NCBI GenBank assembly: GCA_041651415.1
Contig: JBAZJH010000001.1
Location: 151,713-215,712 of the forward strand
DNA length: 64,000 nt
Direction: 5' to 3'
Origin: Minisyncoccota bacterium
GTDB taxonomy: Bacteria; Patescibacteriota; Minisyncoccia; UBA6257; XYB1-36-10
The position numbers and the translations under genes were made by a program. Under the pieces are notes generated by a model. The model worked only from the letters and a program-made list of their open reading frames with translations. It searched no databases and was not told the origin of the DNA. Positions within the stretch are counted from its first letter, which is position 1, and every line of letters starts with the position of its first letter. This document shows positions 63,422-64,000 of the stretch, piece after piece.

Positions 63422-64000
63422 ATGAGCGTCCTTTTTAGAGGAGTTTTTATTGTTGACGGAACAGGAGGAAAACCTTACCGAGGAGATGTTTTAATAAAGG
63501 AAGAAAAAATAGCGGCAGTGGGAAAAATTCCGGAATACAAAGCGGAAAAAATCATTGAAACGAATGATTTGTTTTTATCTCCCGGGTTTATTGATTTAGA
63601 TTCAAGGTCTGATTTTATTTCGTCAATTTTCAAAGACAAAGAACAAAGATATTACATAGGGCAGGGGATAACAACAATAGTTTTGGGGCAAGCCGGAGCG
63701 TCGCTTGCGCCAATGTTCGGCTTACAAGAGAACATAAGAAAAACTTGGTCTCCGGAAACGCTGAATTTTGATTGGGATTCTTTTCAGGAAATGGCGGAGA
63801 AACTGAAAAAAAACAGATTTGGCGTTAATTTTCACAGCTTAGCCGGACAAGCAAATATAAGAAATATAATTTTAGGGGAGAAAGAAGAAGGCGAAGCCAC
63901 GGAAAATGAAATAAGAGCGTTAAGAGGATCGGCAAGAAGAAGCTTAAAAGAAGGAGCGGTGGGAATATCTTTTGGCATGGGTTATTTTTATTCGCCAACC
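63422..64000 (+). CDS. N-acyl-D-amino-acid deacylase-like amidohydrolase, 5' part
   Basis: IVDGTGG..YRGDVLI, SPGFID, QGITTIVLG; open to window end. Confidence 0.85.
   Translation, partial: MSVLFRGVFIVDGTGGKPYRGDVLIKEEKIAAVGKIPEYKAEKIIETNDLFLSPGFIDLDSRSDFISSIFKDKEQRYYIGQGITTIVLGQAGASLAPMFGLQENIRKTWSPETLNFDWDSFQEMAEKLKKNRFGVNFHSLAGQANIRNIILGEKEEGEATENEIRALRGSARRSLKEGAVGISFGMGYFYSPT

Noticed and set aside
1-64000. CRISPR array or cas genes
   Set aside because: No regularly spaced direct repeats with unique spacers; the hairpin repeats are dispersed singly and no Cas motifs were seen
1-64000. Alternative genetic code (TGA = Gly, Gracilibacteria/SR1)
   Set aside because: Conserved genes are full length under code 11 and several end in TGA

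Overview
This AT-rich bacterial window uses the standard code (TGA = stop). Its gene content and compactness suggest a Patescibacteria/CPR (Parcubacteria-like) chromosome, which is an inference. Bases 1 to ~9.42 kb are the right part of an element integrated into the 5' end of ychF. The element carries a terminase-small-subunit-like gene, a hidden 38-aa basic gene inside a highly structured transcript, defence cargo (GmrSD-type DUF262/HNH, AbiJ-like), DUF5659, a Zn-finger/AAA_25 helicase, an excisionase and a large serine recombinase, so it is a candidate phage satellite. The rest is host backbone: ychF, pgk, RNase H, rnpB, mraZ-rsmH-ftsL-PBP-murF, tpiA, raiA, secA, split comEC, aspS, a probable 6S RNA, prfB, ftsEX, dnaX, scpAB, mraY, a UvrD-nuclease and four tRNAs. 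The backbone is interspersed with (i) more than 12 self-contained ORFan units with Shine-Dalgarno, mostly with their own -35/-10 promoter and terminator, whereas many housekeeping genes look leaderless; (ii) one IS200 plus five ~125-bp non-autonomous elements of one family, whose best-preserved copies share its right end; (iii) a deaminase gene flanked by a duplicated secA 3' end; (iv) loop-less palindromes and an unusual pseudoknot/antisense RNA locus. All calls come from reading motifs by eye. No database searches or folding programs were run.
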